64,000 nucleotides of DNA, taken from contig CM119263.1 of assembly GCA_051294375.1 (NCBI GenBank), positions 5,268,740-5,332,739 of the forward strand, given 5' to 3'. This DNA is from Paraspadella gotoi (Eukaryota; Animalia; Chaetognatha). Position numbers and translations under genes: made by a program. Below, piece by piece: positions 24,101 through 36,800 of the stretch. Below the pieces are notes generated by a model. It made no database searches. It was not told the DNA's origin and worked only from the letters and a program-made list of their open reading frames with translations. Every line of letters starts with the position of its first letter. The first letter of the stretch is position 1.

Positions 24101-25675
24101 GGCCAGAGCCAGCTGTTTCAACTTCTCCACAGCGGATTTGAGCTCTTCCGACGCGTCGAGGGGCCCCTCGGCGATGCCGAGCTCCGCGGATCCGCCCCCG
24201 CTTCCCACGGCGGGGGAGGCGGGTCTGCTGTCTCCTGACGAAGCGGCGACGGTGGAGGCGGGCGGTTTGGAAGCGGCATGCGACTCGTAAATAACAGAAT
24301 CGATGATGTTGTCCATCAAAGCCGCGGAGGTTTTTCCGGCTTCGGCGGAAGGCTGCGGCGGCGACGCCGACGCTTTTTCCGCAGCGCCCTCAACCGTTTT
24401 CGTATCGCTGCTGGGTTGCAGCTTTTCATCGACGCCGAGTTTTTTCCTAATCTTTCCTGCAGAATCCTTTTTCCCCTTCAAGGATCCGCCCTCGATTCCG
24501 ACGGCCATCAAAAACTTTTTCCTCTTGCTTATTTGTTTTTGCATCTTGAGACGCTTGTTCTTCTTGGCGAGCAGCAGCGCTGCGGAAGTTGCGGACCCGA
24601 CGCGGGGATTGACGCCGCCGTTGACACTTTTGGTTCCGTTGTCATCGTCGTCCTCGTCGTCGTCGTCGATAACGGGTCGTCGTCTCTTTTTAGACTTGGA
24701 CTCTTCCTCAACTTCCATCTCCGAAGAGGAAGAGGATTCCTCCTCATCTTCGCCTTCGCTGCCTCCATCAGAGGACGAGGTGGAGGAAGCCTCCTCCTCT
24801 TCCTCCGAAACTTCTCTCAACTCCAGCTGACCAACATTGATGTAGAATCCACCCATTTTCGTTGTCATGTTGTTCGGCAAAAGCTGGATAGTAATAATTG
24901 TAAGAGATGATTATTTAATATTATTTAATATGTAATGATTCAAAAGTTAATAAATTCAAATAAAAAGTTATACCTCGTCGCAGGCTTCAGAGTTGTCAAC
25001 AAAGGGATCGTTTTCATCGTATCCCATCCCGTAATCTTTAAAGTCGAACTTTCTCTTCTTTCCTTTTCTCTTCCCCGCCTTTGCCAAAGCCGCCCCGCCG
25101 TATTTCCTGGGGGAAAGCGAGGGAATATTTGATAGAGTTATCAAGAGTGTGTGTGGGCGTGTGTGTGAGAGAGAGAGATTCATTACCTTTCAAAGTAAGA
25201 GGCTAGTTGTTGTGCTTCAGCCTCGTCCTCTCCAGCAGCGAGAGGATCATCGGGATCTCGCATCGGCTTTAAGACTCCCGGTCCGGCGGAGGGTCCGGAC
25301 GGGGCTCCGCCAGAACCTCCGGCTTCGCCACCCATGCCTTTGGAAAACGAAAGCTACTGTAAATACTGTTACAGTTACTTACAAATTTTTTTTTTTTTTT
25401 CGCGATTTGGGTTGACATAAAACATTCAAATTTCAGCGATATGCAAATAAGATTAAATAACCCCGATTACCCTCGGCAATTTTGGCGCTCTTGACGGTGG
25501 CCTTGAGAAGGTCGGGGTAGTAGAACTCGTATCCTTCCGCGTTTTTGGTTTTGGTAGGAATTTTGATTTCTATCCTGACGGAAGAAGATTTGGAGGCAGA
25601 AGGCGACGTCTTGGCCTCTTTGTCGTCGAGTGACTTGGGGACGGAGTTAAGCGAGATTCGCCGTTGATCGCCCAT
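21134..25675 (-). CDS. UBN: Ubinuclein / yemanuclein (HIRA-complex subunit)
   Basis: HRD motif GMGYDENDPFVDNSEA...GGFYINVGQL; middle domain FFTPQVNGLLL, LPCNKETLLKR, PRRKFLW, LWPKGWM; S/Q-rich tail. Confidence 0.92.
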
Positions 25676-25898
25676 AGCGGCGAAGACGGTGTTGACGACG
25701 ATCACAAAGACGATCACAAAGACAACCAAAGTTAAAATCGATCGCAAAACGCGCGCAGAAAACTCAAAGCGCCGTTTGCGTTACGGTACAAGAGTACATA
25801 TTTCGAGGCGTGGTAAAGGAGGTGGATCCTGAAAACCATAAGGTTCAGACTGTAACGTAACCAAAAATGTACAAAACAATTCATCACAGTTAAACTTA

Positions 25899-25912
25899 GT
25901 AGCCATGGAAAC
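25899..25912. promoter_or_regulatory. RFX X-box-like palindrome GTAGCCATGGAAAC
   Basis: Close match to GTTNCCATGGNAAC; intergenic, ~225 nt upstream of the ubinuclein ATG. Confidence 0.4.
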
Positions 25913-26143
25913 GAATAAACAAATTGACCAGATAGTAATACGTTTCCACGACGTATTAAAAAGAATTATCGGTTAAAAAAGGAATTTGGTCATTAAGGCG
26001 AGAGGAAAGCGCCGACGGCAAAAAGAGATCTTTATTTTGTGTTTTGCGATAAAAACGCGATTTTCCGATTCAACAAATAAAAGAAGGGATAGTAAAAGTG
26101 ATAGAAATTCTAAGACTTGACTCAAGTCTAAAGTCTCCAGTCT

Positions 26144-28020
26144 TCAGTCTTTCCCGAATTTGTCGATGAGGGCGAGGATTTCCAGTTCCGCGTCGGCGTC
26201 GTCTTGATCGACGACTGGCGTCGCCAAAGCGGCGCTTAATTGTCTCCTGACGGCGTCAATGTCGTTAAGTTCGACGAAGCATTTGGCGATCATGAGTTGG
26301 TTTCCCTTCCACGCGTCGGGTTTGAGTTCCTCCGCCCGAAGAAAGTGACGAAGAGCTTCATCGACGGAGGCAGTGGGCGGTTCGGCGAAGAGGGCCGCGG
26401 CCGCGCGACGCTCCCACCTGGACAAGGGACGAGATATCATATTTAATTCAACTGAATTAAATATTACAGACTATGAAATGTCGCTCACCATGACAGCATG
26501 TAAACGGCGTAGCACCATCGGCCCAATAAATAGTGGAGGGTGGGATCATCGGGTCGGAGTTGAATCGCATAGCTGATGTGATCTTTGAACTTGAATCCGT
26601 TGAGAATTCGTTCTTGCATTCCTTACAAGTTAAATAATTTAACAAATAAAAAATAATAAAACAAAATCTCATGAGGTCGTTCTTTAGTCTCACCCTGGTA
26701 ATCACCGATGCTGCCTAGAGTGATGGCGAACCACTTCTGAACGTCGGCGTCGTCGGGTCGGATCTCTAGACCATTTTGAGCAATTTCGTGAGCCTAATCA
26801 AAGTTTATGATTAGAATTTGTTATCAAATTCGATTATTAAAGATATTTAGAGTATGAACCTGAACCAACAAGTCCTGCTTTCTCTCTGAGTCGCCCTTCG
26901 CTCCCTCGATCTTCGCCTTCATGTGAGACGCTTTGGCGAATCTCCAGAGAAACTCGGGGTGAGAGTCGAAGGTAGGAAGGGTTTCCTGGAGGAAGATGGT
27001 TAATGGTTAATTGTTAAGAGAGAGAGAGAGACTGAGAATGACCGACCTGAAGCATCGCGAAAGCCTTCGACTTCTCTTCCGAGTCACCCTCGAACATTGG
27101 GTCGACGGCGTCGATGAGTTCGATCAAGTCTTCCGGAAGATCGAGCAACGCGTCCACGATGTCTCTGAAGTTGTCGTCGTCGTCGTCACGAGTGCTGCCC
27201 GTCAAGACGCTAACTTCCTCGTCGCCAGAAATGACGGAGACGGCCTGACATTTTCAATATTGACTTTGCAATTCCACAAATGAAGAAATAATTTCTCCCA
27301 AGATATGACAGTAGCTTCAGACCGACCTCCTCGTAGACGCTTCCCGCGTCATCGTCCGTCGAACCGTTGGAAGATTTTGAACGCGATCGCGGCCTTCGCA
27401 TCTCGGACGCCGACGTGTAATCGGAAGATGGATCGACTTGGGATTCCGGGCGAAGACTGCGCCGACAAATGGTGACTGAAGAGCCGTAATGAAGGTTAAT
27501 GACAAAGGAAGACGATAATGACCAATAAGAAATTGAGAACCTTCGTCATCGGAAGAGCGGGACGTCGCGATCGACGAAACGCTCCGCCGTTTTCGCAAAC
27601 GATAATTCTTCTTCATTTCCTCGACTTCCGCTAAAAGAACAAAGTAAGTGGGTCTGTATTAATCTCGTGTGGACTCGTGCAACAATAACTTGAGACTAGA
27701 AATATTGTTATTAGCAAGAAAATTTCCTCGGTACTCCTTCGTTTGAAATTTGAGAATTGTTTAGAATTGTTTGAGGTTTATTTACTAAATACTAAAATCT
27801 CGCTTAGGTCTCGCAAATGGCGTCAAAACAACGGACCTTTCAAACCGTTGATACTTTGAACGACGGCATTGATCTCCTTTCCAATTTTGGAAAAGGATTT
27901 TAAGTACAGATACATGACGCCGGCGCCGAGTAGGATTCCCGCGCCGGAAGCCAGCGCCATCTTAAGGGCGTCGAGGAGTCGGGAGCGCGTCACCAGAGGC
28001 GCCTTCTCTACCGGATTCAT
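26144..28020 (-). CDS. RMDN: Regulator of microtubule dynamics (RMDN2/3-like; N-terminal TM, TPR-like C-terminus)
   Basis: TM ASGAGILLGAGVMYLYL; PEFLWRFAKA; QKWFAITLG; C-terminal WERRAAAALFAEPPTASVDEALRHFLRAEEL...LMIAKCF. Confidence 0.88.
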
Positions 28021-28597
28021 CTTTGGAAGTCGACGGCACTTGGTGTTTCTTGCATCTCATTCAATGTGACTCACAATATGAAACGGTTCTGGTCCCGTAA
28101 AAAGACTAAGTCTATTACGACATCTATGAAATGTAAGCGGTACATTAATCGGTTCACAAAAATTACAGTATACAAAAGAAAAGAATAAAAAGTTTTTTTT
28201 CAGATAAAACCATATCGTCAGTCGATTTTTTATATGTAGTAGAAAAACCAAAAAACGAAATAAAAATATAAATGAACATTGAACAATTGAACATAGAAAT
28301 ATGTCAACGCATAAAAAGTACTGATTGGGAGCTAAATATAGTAAAAAGTCGATATATTGTAGTTTTTTTTTTATGACAAAGCGACTCCTTCATTTTTGAT
28401 TATCATCGCTGAAAATTTGAATCCATTCTGCATCTCGTTTCAATTGTCCTCAGATTCTCCATTTTTCTCTTTCGTCACATCAATTTTTTTCGAACCATTC
28501 TGCGATTTTGAACATTATGTATGAAGTTTAATTAGTAAACAAGTATAACAGGGTGATATAGTTGTATGAGAATATAGTATATAGAATATAGTCAATA

Positions 28598-30680
28598 CTA
28601 TTTAACAAAGCCGTGTACCGAGCTTTTTCCAGGAGAAGAGCCGGAGCAATCCTTGTGGTGATTCTCCCAGTCTTTGTNNNNNNNNNNNNNNNNNNNGTCA
28701 ACAATAAATAATAATATAAGATGCCCCCTGTTAGATTTACGTTCTCTCTCTCTCTTTCCCCCTCTCTTCTATACTCCCTCACCTCCCGCCCGCAGTTCCA
28801 ACAGGCTGCAGTCTCGGCTCCTTTGGTCGCCACGCTCCGCAGAGCCGACGTGAGCGCGGCGGGCGTGATGACTGCGAGGGTGGCGGCGTCGTCTTCACGT
28901 TTCCTCTTGAGAAGCCTGACGCGTTGAGCATCGACGTCGGAGATGAGATCCGAGGCGGCGACTTCGACGGCGGCGACGGCCTGCTCCACGTCGGCGAGGA
29001 CGCTGGACAAAGGGCGCCGGGCATCTCCCGCTGCGCCGTCATTTGAGGCGCTATCGACCGGTCGCCGAGAGAGATCCTCCGCCTTTTCTGGCGAACGACC
29101 TCCGGGCGTTTTGGATCCCTCGGCGTCGGAGGCAGATTCGGCGGCGGGAGACGATTCCTCGGTCGGCGGCGGGTGGCGGCCTTTGATAGCGGCGAGAGAG
29201 AGGCGAGCCTTCTCCATCATCACGGAGACGGTGCTGAGCAGATTGTAGACGTAGTAGATCTCTCTATCCACTTCGGGATCAGATTCTAAAGCAGAAGAAG
29301 AAAGAGTGAAGATGAAAAGGTTTTTTCTCTCTGACATCTCTTATCCCGAAGCACACCTTGATGCAGCCCCATGTCCACTCGAGCCCCTTTGGCGTCGACG
29401 CCCTCATGTCTCTCGAAAGGATGCGGCGTCGGGGAATCGGCGTCGTTCGGTCGAGCGATGGCTTCGGCGGACGACGCCGCGAAAAGGGCCGACGACGCAC
29501 GGTCGATTTGCCGCTGCGGCCCCTGAAACGGAGGGATGTGCTGCTCCTGCGGCGGAATCTGCATCAGGGGGTTGACGGCGAGGCGTTTGGGCGGCGGAGG
29601 CTCGGGAAGGACGCCGACGACGGGAGCGGATGGAGGAGGGGAGAAGTTCGTCGAGTGACTCGGGTATCGATCTGAAATTGATAATTATTTACTATTTAGT
29701 ATCTAATAATAAAAATAATAATGATTCTCGTCATCGCCCACCTGGATACTGCCTCGCCAGCCTGGCGCAATGCAGCAACTCCCTCTGCAGGAACGGCAAG
29801 TTGGTCTTCAAGAAAGGAATGACGAAAGGACGAAGAGGGAAATTCGTCGCCTCCTGCAATTTGGCGTGAAACTCTTCAGTGGAGACGGCGGAGTTGACGA
29901 GGGCGAGGATGAGATGGCGGACGTTCTCGCCAACTTCGACGGAGATGTCGTCGCCGAACTGAGTGGGGGGGGGAAGAAAGGGAAAAAGGAAGAATGGAAG
30001 AAAAGGAAATAAGAGAAATAAGGAAAAAAGAAGAAAGGGGAAGGAAAGAGTGGAAGGGAAGAAGGGGGGAAAAGAGAAGGGAAAAGGGGAAAAAGGAACA
30101 AGGGAACAATGCAAAAGGGAAAAAAAGAGGGGGGAAAAAGAGGGGGGAAAAATAGGGGAAAACGCAAAGAAAAAAACGTAAAGAGAGTAAGAAAAAAAAG
30201 AAAAAGGGAAGATAGGGAAAGAGAAAAAAGAAAATTTAAATTAAGTTCTAATAAAACTAACTATTATTTTAACCACCGACTCTCATCACCTGCATCAACG
30301 TCGTGAGAAATCTCTTGAGCTTCGACAGCTGCCGCGCTCCGCAGGCCGGCGGCAGCGACTGAGTGGTCAAGCCCGCGTTGGCGGCGCCGGCCGGAAATCC
30401 CGGGGGCACCCCCATCGGAAACCCTAGAGCCCGCGGGTGGAGGAGCGAGGGTGGGGTGGAAGGGGAGAGGGGGACGTGAGGGCCTATCGAAGAGCATCCC
30501 GGGTTAATATTAATAGAATTAATTAATATTCAATTAGAAACACGAACCTATTCCAAAGGCTCGGCCTGCCAAGTGAGGATCGACGAGCGGCGGCGGCGAG
30601 GGCGTCCTTCCTCCGTTAAGCGAAGACCTAGGAGACACTGGTTCGACGCCGCCAACCACGTTGACGACCGGCGACGGCAT
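28598..30680 (-). CDS. CBFA2T: MTG8/ETO/nervy-family co-repressor (TAFH, NHR2, NHR3, MYND); MYND middle lost in an N gap
   Basis: [50 protein letters not shown]; NHR2-like [13 protein letters not shown]; MYND CWNCGR...[10 protein letters not shown]. Confidence 0.92.
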
Positions 30681-31010
30681 CGAGAGCCAAAAGTGGGCGT
30701 GGCAATGAAGAATTTAATTTTTTGTTCAACGATTGGATTTCCAAGTCTGACTCCAAGTGACCTAGATCTAGTGCTCACTTTTCGACTCAATGTTTATTTG
30801 CGGGGATTTAGTTTCGCGGTTCTTTTGTTTCTCGCAAATTCAACTTTCAAGTTAGCAGAACTTGGAAATGTGTCAGCCAAAAACAATTCTAAAAATAAAA
30901 ACGCTAGGTAAATAAAAATTGTTTTAAAATCATTTTAATGGATAAAATTGTAATAAAAGACCCAAAAAGGCCAAAGAATAAAAGGAAAATAATGAGGCGA
31001 GAAAAGATTC

Positions 31011-33822
31011 CTAAATTTGCGTTTCGAGTCTGTTCTTCATCATATCCGCGGGAGTCAATTGATAAGTTCTGCAAAAGAATAAAAAACAAAAGACAATGAA
31101 AATCGCTTTGGTCGCTCAGTCACTGACCAGTGACCACAGATATTAAGACTCACCTTAATCGATCTAGTCTGTGCTGGAAACTGATTCCCAATGTGGAAGG
31201 TCGAGACCGCAGCTCCGAGACGTGAGAATGCGGTTCCATCATTTGAGGGTGAAAAGGCGGCGCGGGCGGCGGCGGCGGCGGCGGCGTAGGCCCCGGCGGT
31301 GGCGGAAGCGACGGCATGTCAGCTCGGAAATTCTGGACCGGGTCTATCGCCATGGGAGTGAAGGGCGCTGGGACGTTGAGGTAGTTGGTCGGATCCCCCA
31401 ATCGACCCATCTCGGTGCGGACGTTGTACCTAAAGAAAAATAGAGATTAGGGAAAAGGGTGTGAAAACAAATGATGGAAATATTAAAAACGAAAACGAAA
31501 AATTAATACCAAGAACCCCTAAAATATTTATCTACAAAACTTCACGCACTTCAATTTAAAAAAAATTTTTGAAAATCTGCTTCGTAGTAAGTGAAAGGAG
31601 GAAAAAAGACTTACCTCCCCGCCCGACTCACTCACCTCCCAACCCGATAAGAGTCCTCTCCATCCACTGCGTCGATGGAAGCGGCCGACGCCACGGATCT
31701 CGCGTCGAAGTCGTCGTCGTCGAAGCGACCGGGTCGTTGCAGCTGCCGGATCAGGTTGAGGACCTCGTTGGCCGGACGGAATTGGAGGTGCTGCATGAAG
31801 GCGTTGCCCTCAGTCGCAGCTGGAAACGAAAAAGGGGAGGAGTTGAGGGAGATTTAAAAGAAGGGAAGATGAAAGAGAGAAATAAAGGGAACCTTGTTTG
31901 GCTTCTTTCTTTCCCTTTTGATGTTCCATCTCGGCAACGGGAGTAGATGTTTTGCCCCAAAGATTGGACGACGCCACGAGATGGAGAACGGTCGACCAAC
32001 GATGAACCAACATCGCGAAAAACTGGAGGATAAGATTTTAACCGAGGAGAGAAAGGAGTGAAACTCGGATCTTCCTTTTTCTGAGAAAGGGTTTTACCTG
32101 AACCGAGAGAATGACCCCGAAAAAGACCAAATAAATGAAGGCCAAAGGTTCCACTTTGAGAGATTCCTGCGCGCGATTCGCGGCAACGAGATTCCCGTCT
32201 GCGAAAAGAGAAAGTCCTGGAAATCCGAAACGAGAAAAGTCAATTTGATAAAAACCTGAATCTTCCGAGTCCAAAGTCTCGTTGACCTTTTTTACGTAAC
32301 CAGGGTTCCATCTGGGAAGTTTCAAATAGTAGGGCTCTAGACGTTCCTAAGGGGAGAATAATTAGCAACTTTGTTGAATGTTTACACTTCGTGGCCTTCA
32401 GTCTCGAACCTGGAGAGTCATGAGCTGCACCAAGATGAGAATCCAAATGGCGTTGCCCATGATGAGACCGAAGACGACGTTGTTCCTCAGCTCCTTCAAG
32501 TCGGACGCCACCTTCGCTTGTTGGTTAGAGTTTTTTTCCAAAGGATGCAAATATCTTAGAAAGCAAAGGAGAAAGAAAAGAATTTTTTTTACTCATATTT
32601 TTATTCACTCTTTGCCTCCGCCGAGTGATCATGGTCTGATCAATCCATTACTCACTTACTCTCTTACTCTCTCTCTCTCCAGCTCCCGAACTCCCCTTTC
32701 CCCCCTACCTGGCGATGAGATCTTTCCAGAATTTAGTCTCCTTTTCGCTGCGCATCGATCGAATGGGTCCGTCCTTGAGCGACTCGTGGAGAATCCAGGG
32801 TCTAGCCAATCGAGGCGTCGACTTGCTTGTCGGAGAAGATCCGTCCACGCGTTCCGAGCTGAGAGAACGAAGAAGAAGAGAAGAAGTAGAAAAAGAAAAA
32901 GGGAGGAAAAAGTCTCTTGAGCTGATAAATACAAAACGCCTTGTAACTCTCGCGGTTTCTGAGTAGAGGAAGAATGAGCGTAACCGTAACAGCCTCTCCT
33001 GTTTTAAATACTGACCTAACGGATCTCGTGCAATTGTCTTTCGTTATGCTGCGAGCCTCGGGACTTTTCTGCGGCGACGCTTGCGAGATGTTCGGGAGGC
33101 TTTTGAAAATATCCGCTTCGAGTCGGCGGGCAGGAGTTTCTGCGGGATACGAATGTGGAATAGGAAGAACCTTATCCTTGGAAGGGCGGGTTTTCCTTCT
33201 CCGCCTCACCTTGAGTCTGCAGCGAAGTGGAAGAAGGGAAGTAGACGGTACCGAGACTGGATGACTTGTGCAGCGGACCAGAAGGCGTCGTGATTCTCAC
33301 CGAGATGGGAGACGTGCCCAGATGATCTTGGCTTTGCTGCAGTTGGTGGTCAAAGTAAAAAGAATGAGATGCACTTTTGTTTCCCCTCAATCAGCGTCGC
33401 CGCCTACCGTTTGAGTGTCGTCGGCGGCGTTGGGATCCAAAACTTTTCGCAACATCGACTTCTCGCGTTCGAATTTTTTCCGGCCGAAATGAGGTTCCGC
33501 GGATTCGAGGGAATCCGGTAAGTCGGGTAAGTCAGGGTCTAACTCGCGGACGGTGATCGATCCAGTTTGTAGAACTAGGAGTTGCGCGGGAAACGCGGAA
33601 AAGAAAGAGGAAGAAAGAAAAGCTGGGGTATTTGTATAAGAGATGAATTATTGATTCAACCGAAATGAGATTAGCTCATAAATCTTATTTGCATATTGTT
33701 GTGTTGATATTGACTTATCATAAATTCTATTCTTTTGTCATTTCATGTTCTCGCATAATGAATACAATCTTGTCATTAGTGTAGCAATTGATGATAGTGA
33801 TTGGTTAGAGTTTGAGACATTT

Positions 33823-33861
<39 letters not shown>

Positions 33862-36800
33862 CATTTAAACAAATTTATAAATATGCTCATTGCAACCCAC
33901 ACTTAAGATTTTACTTGGAACAGGGTTGGCTTCCAATATGGCAGTCTCATTCACTCTTGTCTTCGTCCTTACTTATTGGGTTAGAAATTATGCGAGTTAC
34001 ATTATGTATTTATTGTGTTCTGCAACAGCATGTTAGCATCACTTGTTCAGCAAGTAAGTTACTTGGTATGTTAAAAAGGGATATTAGTTAAGCCAAGTAT
34101 ACATTCATTTAGAACCCCAGTTACTCTCTTAAATTTTAAAAGGTTCAAATTTTGTAGTTTGAAGCATCAAACAATTCACTTACCTAAACGCACTCATCCC
34201 CAAACTCACCCATACTCTGAGATTGGCCCCCGACCTCGGGTTGATTCTTGACGATCTTTTCCAAATTTCCGTTAATTTCGCGAAGAATTTTCAAAACTTC
34301 TGCGTCGCATTTTGAAGAGGAAGGAGATCGAACGTTGAAGATGAATCGATCCAAGGGACAACAAGTGCAGATCATTCGCCAAAATATTCCGCACAATCTG
34401 GATATCGATTAAGAGAAAAAAAGTTTAATATCCCTTTGATAGAAAACGGTGAAACGAAAACCTCACTTTTGAAACCACTGCCACGAGGTGAGTCGGTTGT
34501 CATCGATTTCGCCCGAACTAAGTTTTTCTTTTTCTTCTTTGGTAAGTTTCTTCACTTCCCTCGTTCCCCAAGAGACGACGTGGAGATTGCAAAAGGAGTA
34601 TATTGGGAGAATCAGATAACCTGAGAACGAAAGAGAATGAGGAAGGACGAATCGTTGAACAAATTTCCAACTTCAAACCAGCGGGAATGGCCAGCAGGTA
34701 TAGCAGCGCTGGAAGCAGGCAGGCGATCTCCCTCGGGTGCAGCAGCGCAGCGACGATGGTCGTGCCCGACAGCAGAAAGAAGAAGGCTGCGTTCGGCGAT
34801 GCGACAGTGTCGTGTGAAATCTCGATAATGGAGGAGACGATGACAGAGGCCATCACCAACGAGTAGAGCGTGCAGAGCACCGCCGCCGCCAAGATCTGGT
34901 TGTCGGGCTTGATTGTGAAGCCCAGCACCACCAAGGAAAGAGCGGGCAAGGCCGAGACCGCGGCCGATGTACCCATGGGAAGACCCAGCACGGTATGGAT
35001 TGCGTTAGCGATGACCATGACGATGGTGGCGGGGGTGAGTATGGTTGAGACGAGAAGGAAGACTTGATAGACGATGTATGGATAAGAGATGGTGCTGTTC
35101 TTCTTTCGCGTCTTCCTTGCATCCTCCAGCAGATTAACGATGTTGGCGATGGTGGAGGGAATCCACCGACGCCGCTGGTTGAAGAACTCGCGCATCCCCG
35201 TAGGCGCGTTGGTCCAAGCGTCCGAGGCCGCGCAGTATTCGACCCGCCAACCTATGGGCGACGCCAATTTATTTAATTGTGAGAAAATATTCTTATCGTC
35301 TTCTCACGTGTAAATCAGAGCCTTACCAGACTGCAAAAGAAGCGTACACAGCCATCTGTCCTCTCCCTGATCGTACTGGATATAATGTCTGGCTTCCGAA
35401 GATTTCATAGTGTAAGTTTTCATCACATCGTCATCCATCAAAGCTTAGGGGGGGAAAAGGAAATCCAAAAAAAAAAAGGAGAAACAAAAGGGAAAAGAAG
35501 AAAAAACAATGAAAAAAGAGAAAAAAAGGTAAACTACATTTTCGCGAATACTGATCAATCATAACAAACCCGATCCCCGAAAGAGCGAAAAACATCCCGG
35601 AGAACAAAGGACGCATCCAAGGACGTGTTCGGCCGCCTTTTGCAACCAATGGGCGACGGCGTACTCGAACATCTGATACCAGACAATGACGCCTCCGCCG
35701 ATCGGGTGGATGCGTCCGCAGGCTGCGCCGACACGCTCGTTCTTCTTGAGTCGATCGAGTAGAAGCAAAACGTTTGAGGGTTTGAAGTCGACGTCGCCAT
35801 CGAGGGCGAGGATGTACGTGTTGTGCGCTCGACGATAAACATCGTCAGGAACATCCTTGAATTATGACGGATCAGGAATAAAACTCAATTTTAATCTTAA
35901 TCTCTCTCATTTTATCTCACTTTTCCGCATCATCTCTCTTTCACTCGTTCTCTCACGAACCTTCAAAACCCTTCCGAAACCCTTGAATAGCTTGAATCTT
36001 TTCTTCTTTTCTCCCAAATCCCCAGCATCATGATCATCTTCAGCCTCTTCCGCTTCGTTTTCTTCGTCATAACCAGCGAAACCGAAGTTCAATTCGTTGG
36101 CCTCAATTTTCCCGGCGTCTTTGAGCATTCTAGGAAAGAAACAACCATTTCTAAGAAATGTAAATGGATTTTTATAAACGTTTCAGCGAATCTCGGCGAA
36201 CGGCGCCAACCTGTAACCAAGGAGAAAATACATGTACATGACTTGAGACCATCGCTTTTTGTGACGAATGAGGTCCTTGTCTTTGAGATGAACAACGAGC
36301 TTGTTGCCTCCAGGTAGGGTCCAGATTAACCGGCCCCCGTAGGGCGTCAACATCTTTGTCGGGGGTCGCACTTCGAGAGGGACGTCGTGAACTTCTGAGG
36401 CCGCCTGGATAAAAAAAAAGGGATGTGAGAAATACAACGTCAGAAATGCATTGATAGCTCTTTTTGAAGACCTGATCAATAACAGAGACAAACTGCCTGA
36501 CGAACTGATTGGGGATCTTCCCTGGTCCGCCCTCTTCCCAGTCCTCGAGAACCTCCATGCAGTCGTCGAAGAAGACATGACCCTCGAACTCGTAGTAGTC
36601 AGCATCTTGACGCTTCAACGTCTCCCGCATCAGGCGACGTGCAGTTTGATCCGCATCCATTCTGACGCACGAAACGTGGGATGTTAAGGAGACAAATGTG
36701 GCGCATAGTAAGTGGCATTTCTAAAGGACAAACACACGAGAAATAGTAGTCACCGAAAAAGAGACTTAAGCAAAGAGAGCATCTCTGACTCTGTCTCGTG

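Noticed and set aside
28678-28760. Apparently truncated MYND finger in the MTG gene
   Set aside because: The missing middle coincides with an N gap, and both ends of the domain are present.
29960-30240. Long purine-rich tract giving Phe/Pro-rich and Lys/Gly-rich ORFs
   Set aside because: It is a low-complexity intron splitting the MTG TAFH domain; the ORFs are compositional artefacts.
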